From NCBI GenBank assembly GCA_964622945.1, contig CAZURM010000001.1, positions 71,062 through 135,061 of the forward strand: a stretch of DNA of 64,000 nucleotides. Reading direction: 5' to 3'. This document shows, in pieces, positions 8,911 through 17,931 of the stretch. This DNA is from an uncultured Proteiniphilum sp. (lineage in GTDB: Bacteria > Bacteroidota > Bacteroidia > Bacteroidales > Dysgonomonadaceae). Positions within the stretch are counted from its first letter, which is position 1. Each line of letters starts with the position of its first letter. The position numbers were made by a program, and so were the translations under genes. The notes beneath the pieces were generated by a model. It made no database searches. It was not told where the DNA came from and saw only the letters and a list, made by a program, of their open reading frames with translations.

Positions 8911-9170
8911 CGGAAAATAGGGTAAATGTTTTTGGGATATTGATATAAGTTATCAACCGATAGTGTTATTTGCAGAAAGCTAATATTTTGGTCATACTTT
9001 AAACCTGTTTTAGTATTATCTGACTCTAATCAACTTCTAATTTATATAAGCCATATTAGAAGTATAAAAGAACCATGTAAGAGCGAGGTAGGATTGAGAT
9101 AGGAGTAAGAAATAAATAAAATAATTTATATATTTTTTCATCAATTTGTTTGTTTATATAAAAAATGTAG

Positions 9171-9178
9171 TAAATTTG
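9171..9178 (+). promoter_or_regulatory. Candidate -7 promoter box (TAAATTTG) for the phe leader and aromatic operon
   Basis: Exact TAnnTTTG match 21 nt upstream of the leader ATG at 9200. TTTG elements at 9145-9152 are plausible -33 boxes. Confidence 0.55.
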
Positions 9179-9199
9179 CACTCATAAATGAGTAGTAAA

Positions 9200-9256
9200 A
9201 TGAATAATTCAATTTTTGCATTTTCTTTCGGTTTTTACTTTTACTTTAGTAGGTGA
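9200..9256 (+). CDS. Putative Phe/Tyr-rich leader peptide (MNNSIFAFSFGFYFYFSR)
   Basis: Hand-translated 18-codon ORF with 6 Phe and 2 Tyr codons. It sits between the promoter box and an intrinsic terminator directly upstream of pheA. It is too short to appear in the ORF track. Confidence 0.5.
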   Translation: MNNSIFAFSFGFYFYFSR

Positions 9257-9257
9257 A

Positions 9258-9320
9258 GGCAGGATTTTATATGCAAAAAGAATGAGATAACAACATATCA
9301 AAATAAAATAAAGTCCTGTC
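9258..9320 (+). promoter_or_regulatory. Putative antiterminator pairing of the phe attenuator
   Basis: GGCAGGATTT (9258-9267), just after the leader stop codon, can pair with AAAGTCCTGTC (9310-9320), the 5' arm of the terminator. That gives 10 bp with one G-U and one bulge. Separately, TTTTTGCAT (9213-9221) pairs perfectly with ATGCAAAAA (9271-9279). Confidence 0.4.
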
Positions 9321-9345
9321 GATTACACGACGGGACTTTTTCATT
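9311..9345 (+). terminator. Intrinsic terminator (attenuator) immediately upstream of pheA
   Basis: AAGTCCTGTCG (9311-9321) pairs with CGACGGGACTT (9328-9338), 11 bp with one G-U. It is followed by TTTTTC and ends 16 nt before the pheA ATG. Confidence 0.6.
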
Positions 9346-9360
9346 TATAAAAAACGATAT

Positions 9361-10209
9361 ATGAAAAGAGTAGCTATACAGGGTGGAGCCGGAGCATATC
9401 ACGAAATTGCCGCGCGTGAATATTTTAGAGAGGAAGATCTTGAGATTGTGCCTTGTAGCACCTTCAAAGATATATTTATTGAATCAGATAAAGATCCAGA
9501 TCTTATAGGCATTATGGCGATAGAAAATACTATTGCGGGAGGTCTGTTGCAGAATCATGATCTCCTAAAAATGAATAAACTGCAGATTGCAGGAGAGCAT
9601 AAACAGCGTATATCTCATTCACTGGCAGCTATGCCTGGTGTTTCAGTTAAGGAGATAAAAGAGGTTATGTCGCACCCTATGGCTTTGATGCAGTGTGAAG
9701 AATATCTTGACTCATTGCCTGGAGTAAAGGTTGTAGAACATGATGATACTGCTTTGGCAGCAAGAGATATAAGAGACAAAAAGTTGATGACGACAGCAGC
9801 AATTTGTAGTATGCGTGCTGCAGAAATATATGGACTTGAGGTGTTATCAGAGGGAGTAGAGACAAATAAGAGAAATTTCACTCGCTTCCTTATTCTTGCA
9901 AAAGACGATATGCTGCGAGAAGTACAAAAAGAGAATAATATAAATAAGTCGTCTCTAGTATTTATACTGCCTCATAGTGAGGGGAGTCTGTCTAAAGTTC
10001 TTTCAGTATTCTCATTTTACGATATTAACCTTACTCGTATTCAATCACTTCCGATTGTTGGTAGAGAATGGGAGTATCAATTTTATATTGATCTCACATT
10101 TAGCGATTATAATCGTTATAAGCAATCGGTTGATGCTATCATGCCACTAATAAGCAATTTAAAAGTATTGGGTGAGTATCGTGAAGAGAAACATAAGATG
10201 CAAGATTAA
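9361..10209 (+). CDS. pheA: Prephenate dehydratase
   Basis: PDT domain plus a C-terminal ACT domain. TRF motif (NFTRFLIL). Confidence 0.9.
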   Translation: MKRVAIQGGAGAYHEIAAREYFREEDLEIVPCSTFKDIFIESDKDPDLIGIMAIENTIAGGLLQNHDLLKMNKLQIAGEHKQRISHSLAAMPGVSVKEIKEVMSHPMALMQCEEYLDSLPGVKVVEHDDTALAARDIRDKKLMTTAAICSMRAAEIYGLEVLSEGVETNKRNFTRFLILAKDDMLREVQKENNINKSSLVFILPHSEGSLSKVLSVFSFYDINLTRIQSLPIVGREWEYQFYIDLTFSDYNRYKQSVDAIMPLISNLKVLGEYREEKHKMQD

Positions 10210-10244
10210 ATAAAAGTAGCAACAAAAGAATATTTTAAGAAATT

Positions 10245-11408
10245 ATGAGTATTGAACCAGCGGAACATATAAAATCGATATCTGAATACTATTTCTCGGT
10301 GAAGCTTGCAGAAGTAGCTAAAATGAATGCAGATGGAAAGAATGTTATTAGTCTGGCTGTTGGTGCACCCGACCGTATGCCTTCTAAAGCAACCATTGAC
10401 ACATTATGTTTATTAGCAAATGAACCTGATGTTCATGCGTATCAGCCATACACAGGAATCCCGGAACTTAGGAAAGCATACTCCGAGTGGTATAGGCGTT
10501 TTTATGGTGTTGAACTGAATACTGACGAGGTCTTACCACTAATAGGCTCAAAAGAGGGTATTCTTCATATTTCTATGACATTTCTAAATGTAGGAGATGG
10601 AGTGCTTGTTCCTAATCCTGGATATCCCACTTACAAATCTGTATCTAACCTATTAAGGGCTAGGGTTATTGAGTATGATCTTCTGGAAGATAACGGATGG
10701 TATCCCGATTTTGATGCATTGGAAAAAATGGATTTGTCGGGTGTTAAACTAATGTGGGTGAACTATCCCAATATGCCTACGGGTGCAAATGCTTCAACCG
10801 AACTCTTTGATAAGTTGGTTGCGTTTGGGAAAAGGCATAACATCATTATCTGTCATGATAATCCCTACAGTTTTATATTAAATGACAAGCCGATGAGTAT
10901 ACTATCGATACCTGGTGCTAAGGATATTTGTATAGAACTAAATTCGCTTAGCAAGTCGCATAACATGTCGGGCTGGCGAATGGGAATGCTTACTTCTAAT
11001 CCTCAATTTGTAAAATGGATACTTAAAGCTAAGAGCAATATCGACAGCGGGCAATTTAAGCCAATGCAGTTGGCAACAGTTGCAGCTCTTTCTAATTCAA
11101 ACGAGTGGCATGCTGAAATGAATAAGATTTATGCTGAACGCAGAATTTGGGCCGAAAATATAATGAAGCTGCTCAACTGTAAGTTTGATGAAAGTCAAGT
11201 AGGACTCTTCGTCTGGGGTAAGCTACCCGATGAAGTGTCGGGAAGTGATGAATTTATCAATGATATATTGTACAAAGCCAATGTATTTATTACTCCTGGG
11301 TTTATTTTCGGAAGTAACGGTGAAAGATTTATACGTATATCACTAGGTTCATCAGCAGACCTACTGCAGAAAGCCTATGAAAGGATTAAGAATAAAATAG
11401 ATAACTAA
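10245..11408 (+). CDS. PLP-dependent class I/II aminotransferase (aromatic pathway context)
   Basis: NSLSKSHNMSGWRMG PLP-lysine motif. Located between pheA and the DAHP synthase gene. Confidence 0.85.
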   Translation: MSIEPAEHIKSISEYYFSVKLAEVAKMNADGKNVISLAVGAPDRMPSKATIDTLCLLANEPDVHAYQPYTGIPELRKAYSEWYRRFYGVELNTDEVLPLIGSKEGILHISMTFLNVGDGVLVPNPGYPTYKSVSNLLRARVIEYDLLEDNGWYPDFDALEKMDLSGVKLMWVNYPNMPTGANASTELFDKLVAFGKRHNIIICHDNPYSFILNDKPMSILSIPGAKDICIELNSLSKSHNMSGWRMGMLTSNPQFVKWILKAKSNIDSGQFKPMQLATVAALSNSNEWHAEMNKIYAERRIWAENIMKLLNCKFDESQVGLFVWGKLPDEVSGSDEFINDILYKANVFITPGFIFGSNGERFIRISLGSSADLLQKAYERIKNKIDN

Positions 11409-11420
11409 TAAAACAGAGAT

Positions 11421-12500
11421 ATGAAATTCGAATCAATTTTATTACCGGGAATAGATGCCAAAAGACCGCTGGTTATTGCAGGTCCTTGTAGTGCGGAAAC
11501 GGAAGAACAGGTAATGACTACTGCCAGACAGCTGTCTTCTGTCGGAGTTAAAGTATTTAGAGCCGGAGTTTGGAAGCCAAGAACAAAGCCAGGTGGATTT
11601 GAAGGTATTGGGAGTGCTGCTTTAAAGTGGATGAAGGAGGCAGAAAAAGAGACAGGTATGTATATGGCCACAGAAGTAGCAACTGAGAAACATGTTTATG
11701 AAGCATTGAAATATGGCATTGACCTGCTGTGGATTGGTGCACGTACAGCAGCGAATCCATTTGCTGTTCAGGAGATTGCTGATACCTTGAAAGGTGTTGA
11801 TATACCTGTATTGATTAAAAATCCTATAAACCCTGATTTAGAACTGTGGATTGGTGCATTGGAACGCTTATATAATGCAGGAATAAAAAAACTGGGTGTG
11901 ATACACCGCGGTTTTAGTACGACAGATAAAACTGTTTATCGTAATTTACCACAATGGCACATACCAATTGAACTTAAGCGAAGATTTCCTACTCTGCCAA
12001 TTTTCTGCGACCCTAGTCATATAGGTGGTAGTCGAGATTTTATTTTTAAGCTTAGTCAGCAGGCTATGGATCTGAATTATTCCGGACTTATTATTGAATC
12101 ACACTGCTCGCCTGATGAAGCTTGGAGCGATAAAGCACAACAAATTACACCTGCAGCACTTAAAGATATATTGAATAGTATAGTTATTCGTGATACAGTG
12201 CAAACAACGGAAAATCTCTCTGTGCTTCGTGAACAAATTGATGATCTGGACAATGATTTGTTGCAGTTACTTGCAAAAAGGATGAGGGTGTCTCGAGAGA
12301 TTGGGCAATATAAGCTTGAGCATGACATGCCTATTCTGCAAACACAGAGATATGATCATATCCTTTCTGACCGTGCTTATCAGGGAGAACGAATGGAGAT
12401 GTCAGGAGAGTTTATAAAGAAGGTGTTGGAAGCTATACATTCAGAGTCGATCAGACAGCAGATGATGATTATGGAGAGAGAAAAAAAGAAAAATGATTAA
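11421..12500 (+). CDS. Bifunctional 3-deoxy-7-phosphoheptulonate synthase / chorismate mutase type II
   Basis: N-terminal type I-beta DAHPS/KDOPS-like TIM barrel. C-terminal CM-II helix region LREQIDDLDNDLLQLLAKRMRVSREIG. Confidence 0.88.
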   Translation: MKFESILLPGIDAKRPLVIAGPCSAETEEQVMTTARQLSSVGVKVFRAGVWKPRTKPGGFEGIGSAALKWMKEAEKETGMYMATEVATEKHVYEALKYGIDLLWIGARTAANPFAVQEIADTLKGVDIPVLIKNPINPDLELWIGALERLYNAGIKKLGVIHRGFSTTDKTVYRNLPQWHIPIELKRRFPTLPIFCDPSHIGGSRDFIFKLSQQAMDLNYSGLIIESHCSPDEAWSDKAQQITPAALKDILNSIVIRDTVQTTENLSVLREQIDDLDNDLLQLLAKRMRVSREIGQYKLEHDMPILQTQRYDHILSDRAYQGERMEMSGEFIKKVLEAIHSESIRQQMMIMEREKKKND

Positions 12501-12587
12501 TCTGATTAATAATAAATGACTTTATTGTGCGAAAATAAATCAGAATATATAAAAAAAGTAAGCTACAGAATAAAATAAATAAGGAGA

Positions 12588-13361
12588 ATGAAAATATTAA
12601 TTCTAGGAGCAGGTAAAATGGGCTCATTCTTAGCTGATGTACTCAGTTTTGATCATGAAATAGCAGTTTTGGATACAGACCCCAAAAAACTGAGATTTAT
12701 TTATAATACGCATAGGTTGACAGATCCGGCAGATGTAAAAGAGTTTGTTCCTGAGCTAGTTATAAATGCAGCAACGCTTAAATACACCGTTGAAGCATTT
12801 AATAATATATTGCCTTACATCACCGACAACTGCATTCTCAGTGATATAGCTTCGGTGAAAACGGAGATTGAAGGTTTCTACAAAAACTGTTCTCACCCAT
12901 TTGTTTCAACACATCCTATGTTTGGACCTACATTTGCAAGTCTTAGCGATTTAAGCACACAAAGTGCCATAATTATTACTGAGTCATCACATTTGGGAAA
13001 AGTTTTCTTTAGAGATCTATATCATAGTCTGAAGCTAAACGTGTTTGAGTATTCTTTTAAACAACATGACGAAACGATTGCATATTCTCTTTCCATACCT
13101 TTTGCTTCAACATTAGTATTCGCATCTATAATGAAACATCAGGATGCCCCCGGAACCACCTTTAAGCGACATATGAATATTGCACAGGGTCTGCTCTCAG
13201 AAGATGATTTTTTGCTTACTGAGATTCTTTTTAATCCCTATACATCAGGACAGGTGGAGCAAATCCGTAAAAAGCTTAAGGAGTTGATTGATATTATTGA
13301 TCATAAAGATTCGCTTCGGATGAAAGCTTTCTTGACTGAAGTAAGAAAGAATATTGAATGA
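12588..13361 (+). CDS. tyrA: Prephenate dehydrogenase
   Basis: N-terminal Rossmann ILILGAGKMGS. 257 aa. Last gene of the aromatic operon. Confidence 0.8.
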   Translation: MKILILGAGKMGSFLADVLSFDHEIAVLDTDPKKLRFIYNTHRLTDPADVKEFVPELVINAATLKYTVEAFNNILPYITDNCILSDIASVKTEIEGFYKNCSHPFVSTHPMFGPTFASLSDLSTQSAIIITESSHLGKVFFRDLYHSLKLNVFEYSFKQHDETIAYSLSIPFASTLVFASIMKHQDAPGTTFKRHMNIAQGLLSEDDFLLTEILFNPYTSGQVEQIRKKLKELIDIIDHKDSLRMKAFLTEVRKNIE

Positions 13362-13417
13362 TTATAATTGACAAGATTAAAGTAACGCAACGGTGAGATT
13401 ATTCGTTTTAGATAAAA

Positions 13418-14230
13418 TTATTCTATATAAACCTTGATAATTCTGGCATCTGTTGTTGGGCGGCTCCTCTCATCAACAGTAAGAGCTGCAATTTTATCTA
13501 TAACACCAAGCCCTTCAATAACTTCACCGAAAACTGTATATTCGCCATCAAGGTGATGCACTCCTCCTACAGTTGAGTATGTCTCCTTGACTCCTTCCGG
13601 CCATAAAAACTTACCCGGAGCTACTGCATATAGTGAATCTACAATATTCATAACTGAGTCAAGCAGGTTGTTGAAACCCTGTCTGTCGTCAACTTTCATA
13701 AGACTGTCTAATTCATTCCTGCTAGGGTTATAATATTTTCGTACAAGCTCATTCCTTATAGGAACATTTACTACCATTTCCATGGTATCAAGTCGCCCTT
13801 CTGTATATTTTTGTCCGTGGACGATGTAAAACTGAGAAGCATCAGATTTTTTCTGTGGATTTTCTTCGTCACCTTTTCTTGGAGCAGCTAAAGCACCTTT
13901 TTTATGCACTCTGTTATCTCGAAATTCAGGCATTAGCTCCATATCTGAACGTCCGCCCCCTATCTGAATGCCGGCAGGCGCATTTCGTGAGTCTTGCGAC
14001 CCTCCCTGAATTACAAAGTTCTTTACCACCCTGTGAAATAGTGTTCCATCAAAATATCCATCTTTAATTAATTTCAGGTAATGCTCACTATGTACCAGTG
14101 TGTCATCATATAAAACTGCCCTCATCGTGCCATAGTTAGTTTCGATCACCACAATAGGATACATTGTTTGTGCTTTTAGTATGATGGTTGCGGTAACCAT
14201 TAAAATAGATACTAATATATTTCGTTTCAT
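13418..14230 (-). CDS. Peptidylprolyl isomerase, cyclophilin type (secreted)
   Basis: Signal peptide and FHRVVKNFVIQGG cyclophilin motif. Confidence 0.88.
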   Translation of the reverse strand: MKRNILVSILMVTATIILKAQTMYPIVVIETNYGTMRAVLYDDTLVHSEHYLKLIKDGYFDGTLFHRVVKNFVIQGGSQDSRNAPAGIQIGGGRSDMELMPEFRDNRVHKKGALAAPRKGDEENPQKKSDASQFYIVHGQKYTEGRLDTMEMVVNVPIRNELVRKYYNPSRNELDSLMKVDDRQGFNNLLDSVMNIVDSLYAVAPGKFLWPEGVKETYSTVGGVHHLDGEYTVFGEVIEGLGVIDKIAALTVDERSRPTTDARIIKVYIE

Positions 14231-14288
14231 AATTTGCTGTTAATTGTCATAGTTAAGGCAATACTTTATTGTATACATTATAGTTTAA

Positions 14289-15392
14289 TTAGTTAGGCGC
14301 TCTTTTGTAGAGGAAGAATGCTATTATACTAAAAATGATATTAGGAATCCATGCAGCTATAGAAGGACTCATGTTGCCCTTTATGGCGAATGTAGAACTT
14401 ACAGTCATAAAAAGTATATAAGCCATGCTAAGCGCTAATCCAATTCCTATATTTAAACCCATTCCTCCCTTAACTTTACGTGCAGAAATAGACGCACCTA
14501 TTATTGTTAAAATAAAAGCAGAGAAAATAATTGCAATACGCGAATGATATTCAATCTGGAAAGACTGTATGTTGCCCATTCCACGTTCTTTCTGACTAGT
14601 TATATAACTCCGAAGCTGAGGCGATGTCATCATCTGCTGATCAGTTGCAGCTATTATGAAATCGTTAGGAACAATTTGTAATGTAGTGTCTTTTATACTT
14701 CCTGTTGTTATTGTTTCATTTATACCATCAAAATCACGGATCTGGTAATTGCGAATTGTCCAATGAAATGCCGAGTCGTAGTGTATAGATTGTGCAGTTA
14801 GCCTTGAGTCTAACTCAATATTATCGAAATGATCCATTGAAAAGTTGTACCCAGTATTACTTGCTAGATCGAAATTACCGAAATAGACAATGGTGCCTGG
14901 TCCCACTTTAAACTGAATATCCCTATCACCTGTTTTTCTTTTCCTTGGGTCTACAAATGTATTTTCAAATTCAATACGGGTAGCATTAGCCGGTGGTATT
15001 ATGTAGCTCCCAAAGACAAATGTAAATATTGCTATAACGAATGCGGAAATCATGTATGGCTTGAGTAATCGCCTAAAGCTGATACCATTAGATAGTATTG
15101 CGATAATCTCTGAGTTGTTAGCCATTTTAGAAGTAAAATAGATAACAGCAAGAAATACAAAGAGAGGGCTAAATAAATTTGTGTAATATGGAATAAAATT
15201 AAGATAATAGTCAAACACAATACCTTCCAGTGAGGCATTGTTAGTCATGAACCTATCGATTTTTTCATTGATATCAAAAACTACAGCAATTGATATAATC
15301 AATGCGATCATGAAAACAAATGTTCCCAGAAATTTTTTGATTATGTACCAGTCCAGTCGTTTTAATTTAAATAAATCGTTATCTAACCTCAT
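14289..15392 (-). CDS. LptF/LptG family LPS export permease
   Basis: YjgP/YjgQ-like architecture: N-terminal TM helices, a periplasmic beta-jellyroll region, and C-terminal TM helices. Lies downstream of tgt. Confidence 0.78.
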   Translation of the reverse strand: MRLDNDLFKLKRLDWYIIKKFLGTFVFMIALIISIAVVFDINEKIDRFMTNNASLEGIVFDYYLNFIPYYTNLFSPLFVFLAVIYFTSKMANNSEIIAILSNGISFRRLLKPYMISAFVIAIFTFVFGSYIIPPANATRIEFENTFVDPRKRKTGDRDIQFKVGPGTIVYFGNFDLASNTGYNFSMDHFDNIELDSRLTAQSIHYDSAFHWTIRNYQIRDFDGINETITTGSIKDTTLQIVPNDFIIAATDQQMMTSPQLRSYITSQKERGMGNIQSFQIEYHSRIAIIFSAFILTIIGASISARKVKGGMGLNIGIGLALSMAYILFMTVSSTFAIKGNMSPSIAAWIPNIIFSIIAFFLYKRAPN

Positions 15393-15408
15393 ATGATTAA
15401 TTAGTTTT

Positions 15409-16539
15409 TCATAATCGTCTTGTAACGTTTTCCAATATTCTTGGTTTCCATTCAGTAAAAGTGCCTTTAATTATGTGCATTCTAGCTTCTTTCATCAGCC
15501 ATATGTAAAAGGCTAAATTATGTATTGAGGCAATCTGTAAACCAAGTATTTCATTACTGATTATCAGATGACGAAGATAAGCCTTGCTATATAGCTTGTC
15601 TACATAAGAGGCACCATCCTCCTCAATAGGAGAAAAATCATTTTTCCATTTTTCATTACGCATGTTCATAATACCCTGCTTGGTGAAAAGTTGACCATTG
15701 CGTCCATTACGTGTAGGCATTATGCAGTCGAACATATCCACTCCACGTTCAATTGCTTCAAGCATATTTTCAGGTTTCCCCACTCCCATAAGATATCGCG
15801 GTTTATCTTTTGGTAATATCTCATTCACAATCTCTACCATTTCATACATTTTCTCTGTTGGCTCACCAACGGCAAGCCCTCCTATAGCATTTCCATCAGC
15901 TCCTTTTGCAGCAATATTGTCAGCAGCACGACGGCGCAAATCAGGATATATGCAGCCTTGTACAATTGGGAACAGAGACTGCTTATACCCATATATACAC
16001 TCTGTCTCATTGAAGCGTTTAATACATCTATCCAACCATCTTTCTGTTAGCTCGAGAGATTGTTTGGCATACCTATAATCTGCATCACCAGGAGTACACT
16101 CGTCGAAAGCCATTATAATATCAGCTCCAATGGTTCGTTGTATATCAATAACCTTTTCAGGAGAAAAGAAATGCCTCGAGCCATCAATATGAGATTTAAA
16201 CTCAGCTCCCTCTTCTGTAAGTTTTCTATTTTCTGTAAGTGAGAATACTTGAAAACCTCCGCTGTCAGTTAGCATTGGCTTGTTCCAGCTATTAAACCTG
16301 TGCAACCCTCCTGCACCTCTAATTACATCAAGTCCTGGTCTTAGATAAAGATGGTACGTATTACCAAGTATTATCTCAGCGTCTATGTCATCTTTCAGTT
16401 CATTTATATGTACTGCCTTGACGCTACCTGCTGTACCTACGGGCATAAAGACAGGAGTTTCTATTTCACCATGTTCGGTTGTAATCACTCCGGCTCTCGC
16501 ATTCGATTTTGAATCTGTATGAATTAATTGGAAATCCAA
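15409..16539 (-). CDS. tgt: tRNA-guanine transglycosylase (queuine tRNA-ribosyltransferase)
   Basis: LTDSGGFQVFSL motif. 376 aa. Confidence 0.96.
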   Translation of the reverse strand: MDFQLIHTDSKSNARAGVITTEHGEIETPVFMPVGTAGSVKAVHINELKDDIDAEIILGNTYHLYLRPGLDVIRGAGGLHRFNSWNKPMLTDSGGFQVFSLTENRKLTEEGAEFKSHIDGSRHFFSPEKVIDIQRTIGADIIMAFDECTPGDADYRYAKQSLELTERWLDRCIKRFNETECIYGYKQSLFPIVQGCIYPDLRRRAADNIAAKGADGNAIGGLAVGEPTEKMYEMVEIVNEILPKDKPRYLMGVGKPENMLEAIERGVDMFDCIMPTRNGRNGQLFTKQGIMNMRNEKWKNDFSPIEEDGASYVDKLYSKAYLRHLIISNEILGLQIASIHNLAFYIWLMKEARMHIIKGTFTEWKPRILENVTRRL

Positions 16540-16567
16540 CTTGTTTGTTTAGTGTTCAGTTTAAATG

Positions 16568-16575
16568 CAAAGATA
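16568..16575 (-). promoter_or_regulatory. Candidate -7 promoter box (TATCTTTG on minus strand) for tgt-lptF/G
   Basis: The + strand reads CAAAGATA. The box lies 28 nt upstream of the tgt ATG. Confidence 0.5.
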
Positions 16576-16861
16576 AAGTTTTTGGTGTTACAAATAGAAT
16601 AGTAATCATTTAAAAAATGTAATGAGTTGCATTGAGTTAGTGAGTAGTAAAGTAAAACACTACTTTTGTTAACAGTTACACTATATAAGAAATAACATAA
16701 TATTTAGTTGTAAAATCATAATTTATTTAGATGTAAATAATTAAAGAGGTCTTCACGATAGTGAAATACGCCTATGTTGAAGTCTTTTTGTGTGAAATTC
16801 TGAACTCTTTTTACTTAAACTTTTTTAACCACAATTGTTCATAAAACCGCTTTAACATTCC

Positions 16862-16869
16862 TAAATTTG
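16862..16869 (+). promoter_or_regulatory. Candidate -7 promoter box (TAAATTTG) for the moxR-bat cluster
   Basis: Exact TAnnTTTG match 39 nt upstream of ATG 16909. A second match, TACTTTTG, lies at 16661-16668. Confidence 0.5.
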
Positions 16870-16908
16870 TATTTCATGTAACAGACATCTATTTAATAAT
16901 TAATCTAT

Positions 16909-17904
16909 ATGAGTCAAACAGTTGATATTAAGGAGCTAAACGAAAGAATAGAGCGAAAAAGCGCCTTTGTTCAAACACTAGTTAACGGAATGAACAAAGT
17001 TATTGTAGGGCAAAAACATCTTGTTGAATCACTATTGATAGGATTGTTGTCAGATGGGCATATTTTGCTTGAAGGAGTTCCGGGCTTAGCAAAAACACTT
17101 GCTATTAAAACACTTGCGCAGCTTATTGATGCCAAATATAGTCGTATTCAGTTTACTCCTGACCTGTTGCCAGCAGATGTTATAGGAACAATGATTTACA
17201 GTCAGAGGAATGAGGAATTTCTTGTGAAACATGGTCCTGTATTTGCTAATTTCGTTCTTGCCGATGAGATTAACCGTGCTCCTGCTAAAGTACAAAGCGC
17301 ACTCTTGGAAGCTATGCAAGAGCGAAATGTTACTATAGGCGAAAAAACATACAAGCTTGAAACTCCATTTCTTGTTATGGCAACGCAGAATCCAATAGAG
17401 CAGGAAGGAACATATCCGTTACCCGAAGCTCAGGTTGACCGTTTTATGCTCAAGGTCGTAATCTCATATCCTACAAAAGAAGAGGAGAAAGAGATTATTC
17501 AACGTAATATATTTGAGCCTGTGACTACAGATCAAGCAGTAATTTCTATACAAGAAGTGCTGGATGCTCGTAAAATTGTACGTGAGGTTTATATAGATGA
17601 AAAGATTGGTAAATATATTGTGGATATAGTATTTGCTACCCGTTATCCTGATCAATATGGTATGGCTAATCTCAAACAAATGATAGAGTTTGGATCATCA
17701 CCTCGTGCATCTATCAATTTGGCACTTGCTGCTAGATCTTATGCTTTCATCAAACGTCGAGGATATGTTATTCCTGAAGATATTCGTGCTGTATGTCATG
17801 ATGTACTACGCCATCGTATAGGATTAACATATGAGGCTGAGGCTAATAATTTAACATCCGAAGAGATTATCAGTGAAATACTTAACAAGGTTGAGGTGCC
17901 TTAA
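16909..17904 (+). CDS. MoxR-family AAA+ ATPase (first gene of Bat-type cluster)
   Basis: Walker A GVPGLAKT and Walker B LADEINRA. 331 aa. Confidence 0.92.
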   Translation: MSQTVDIKELNERIERKSAFVQTLVNGMNKVIVGQKHLVESLLIGLLSDGHILLEGVPGLAKTLAIKTLAQLIDAKYSRIQFTPDLLPADVIGTMIYSQRNEEFLVKHGPVFANFVLADEINRAPAKVQSALLEAMQERNVTIGEKTYKLETPFLVMATQNPIEQEGTYPLPEAQVDRFMLKVVISYPTKEEEKEIIQRNIFEPVTTDQAVISIQEVLDARKIVREVYIDEKIGKYIVDIVFATRYPDQYGMANLKQMIEFGSSPRASINLALAARSYAFIKRRGYVIPEDIRAVCHDVLRHRIGLTYEAEANNLTSEEIISEILNKVEVP

Positions 17905-17931
17905 TCAGACAGAAAGAGCATAAGGTTATAA

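Noticed and set aside
16786-16812. Rex-operator-like sequence TTGTGTGAAATTCTGAACTC upstream of the bat cluster
   Set aside because: Only one half-site resembles TTGTGAA. The second half (TGAACTC) does not form the required inverted repeat.
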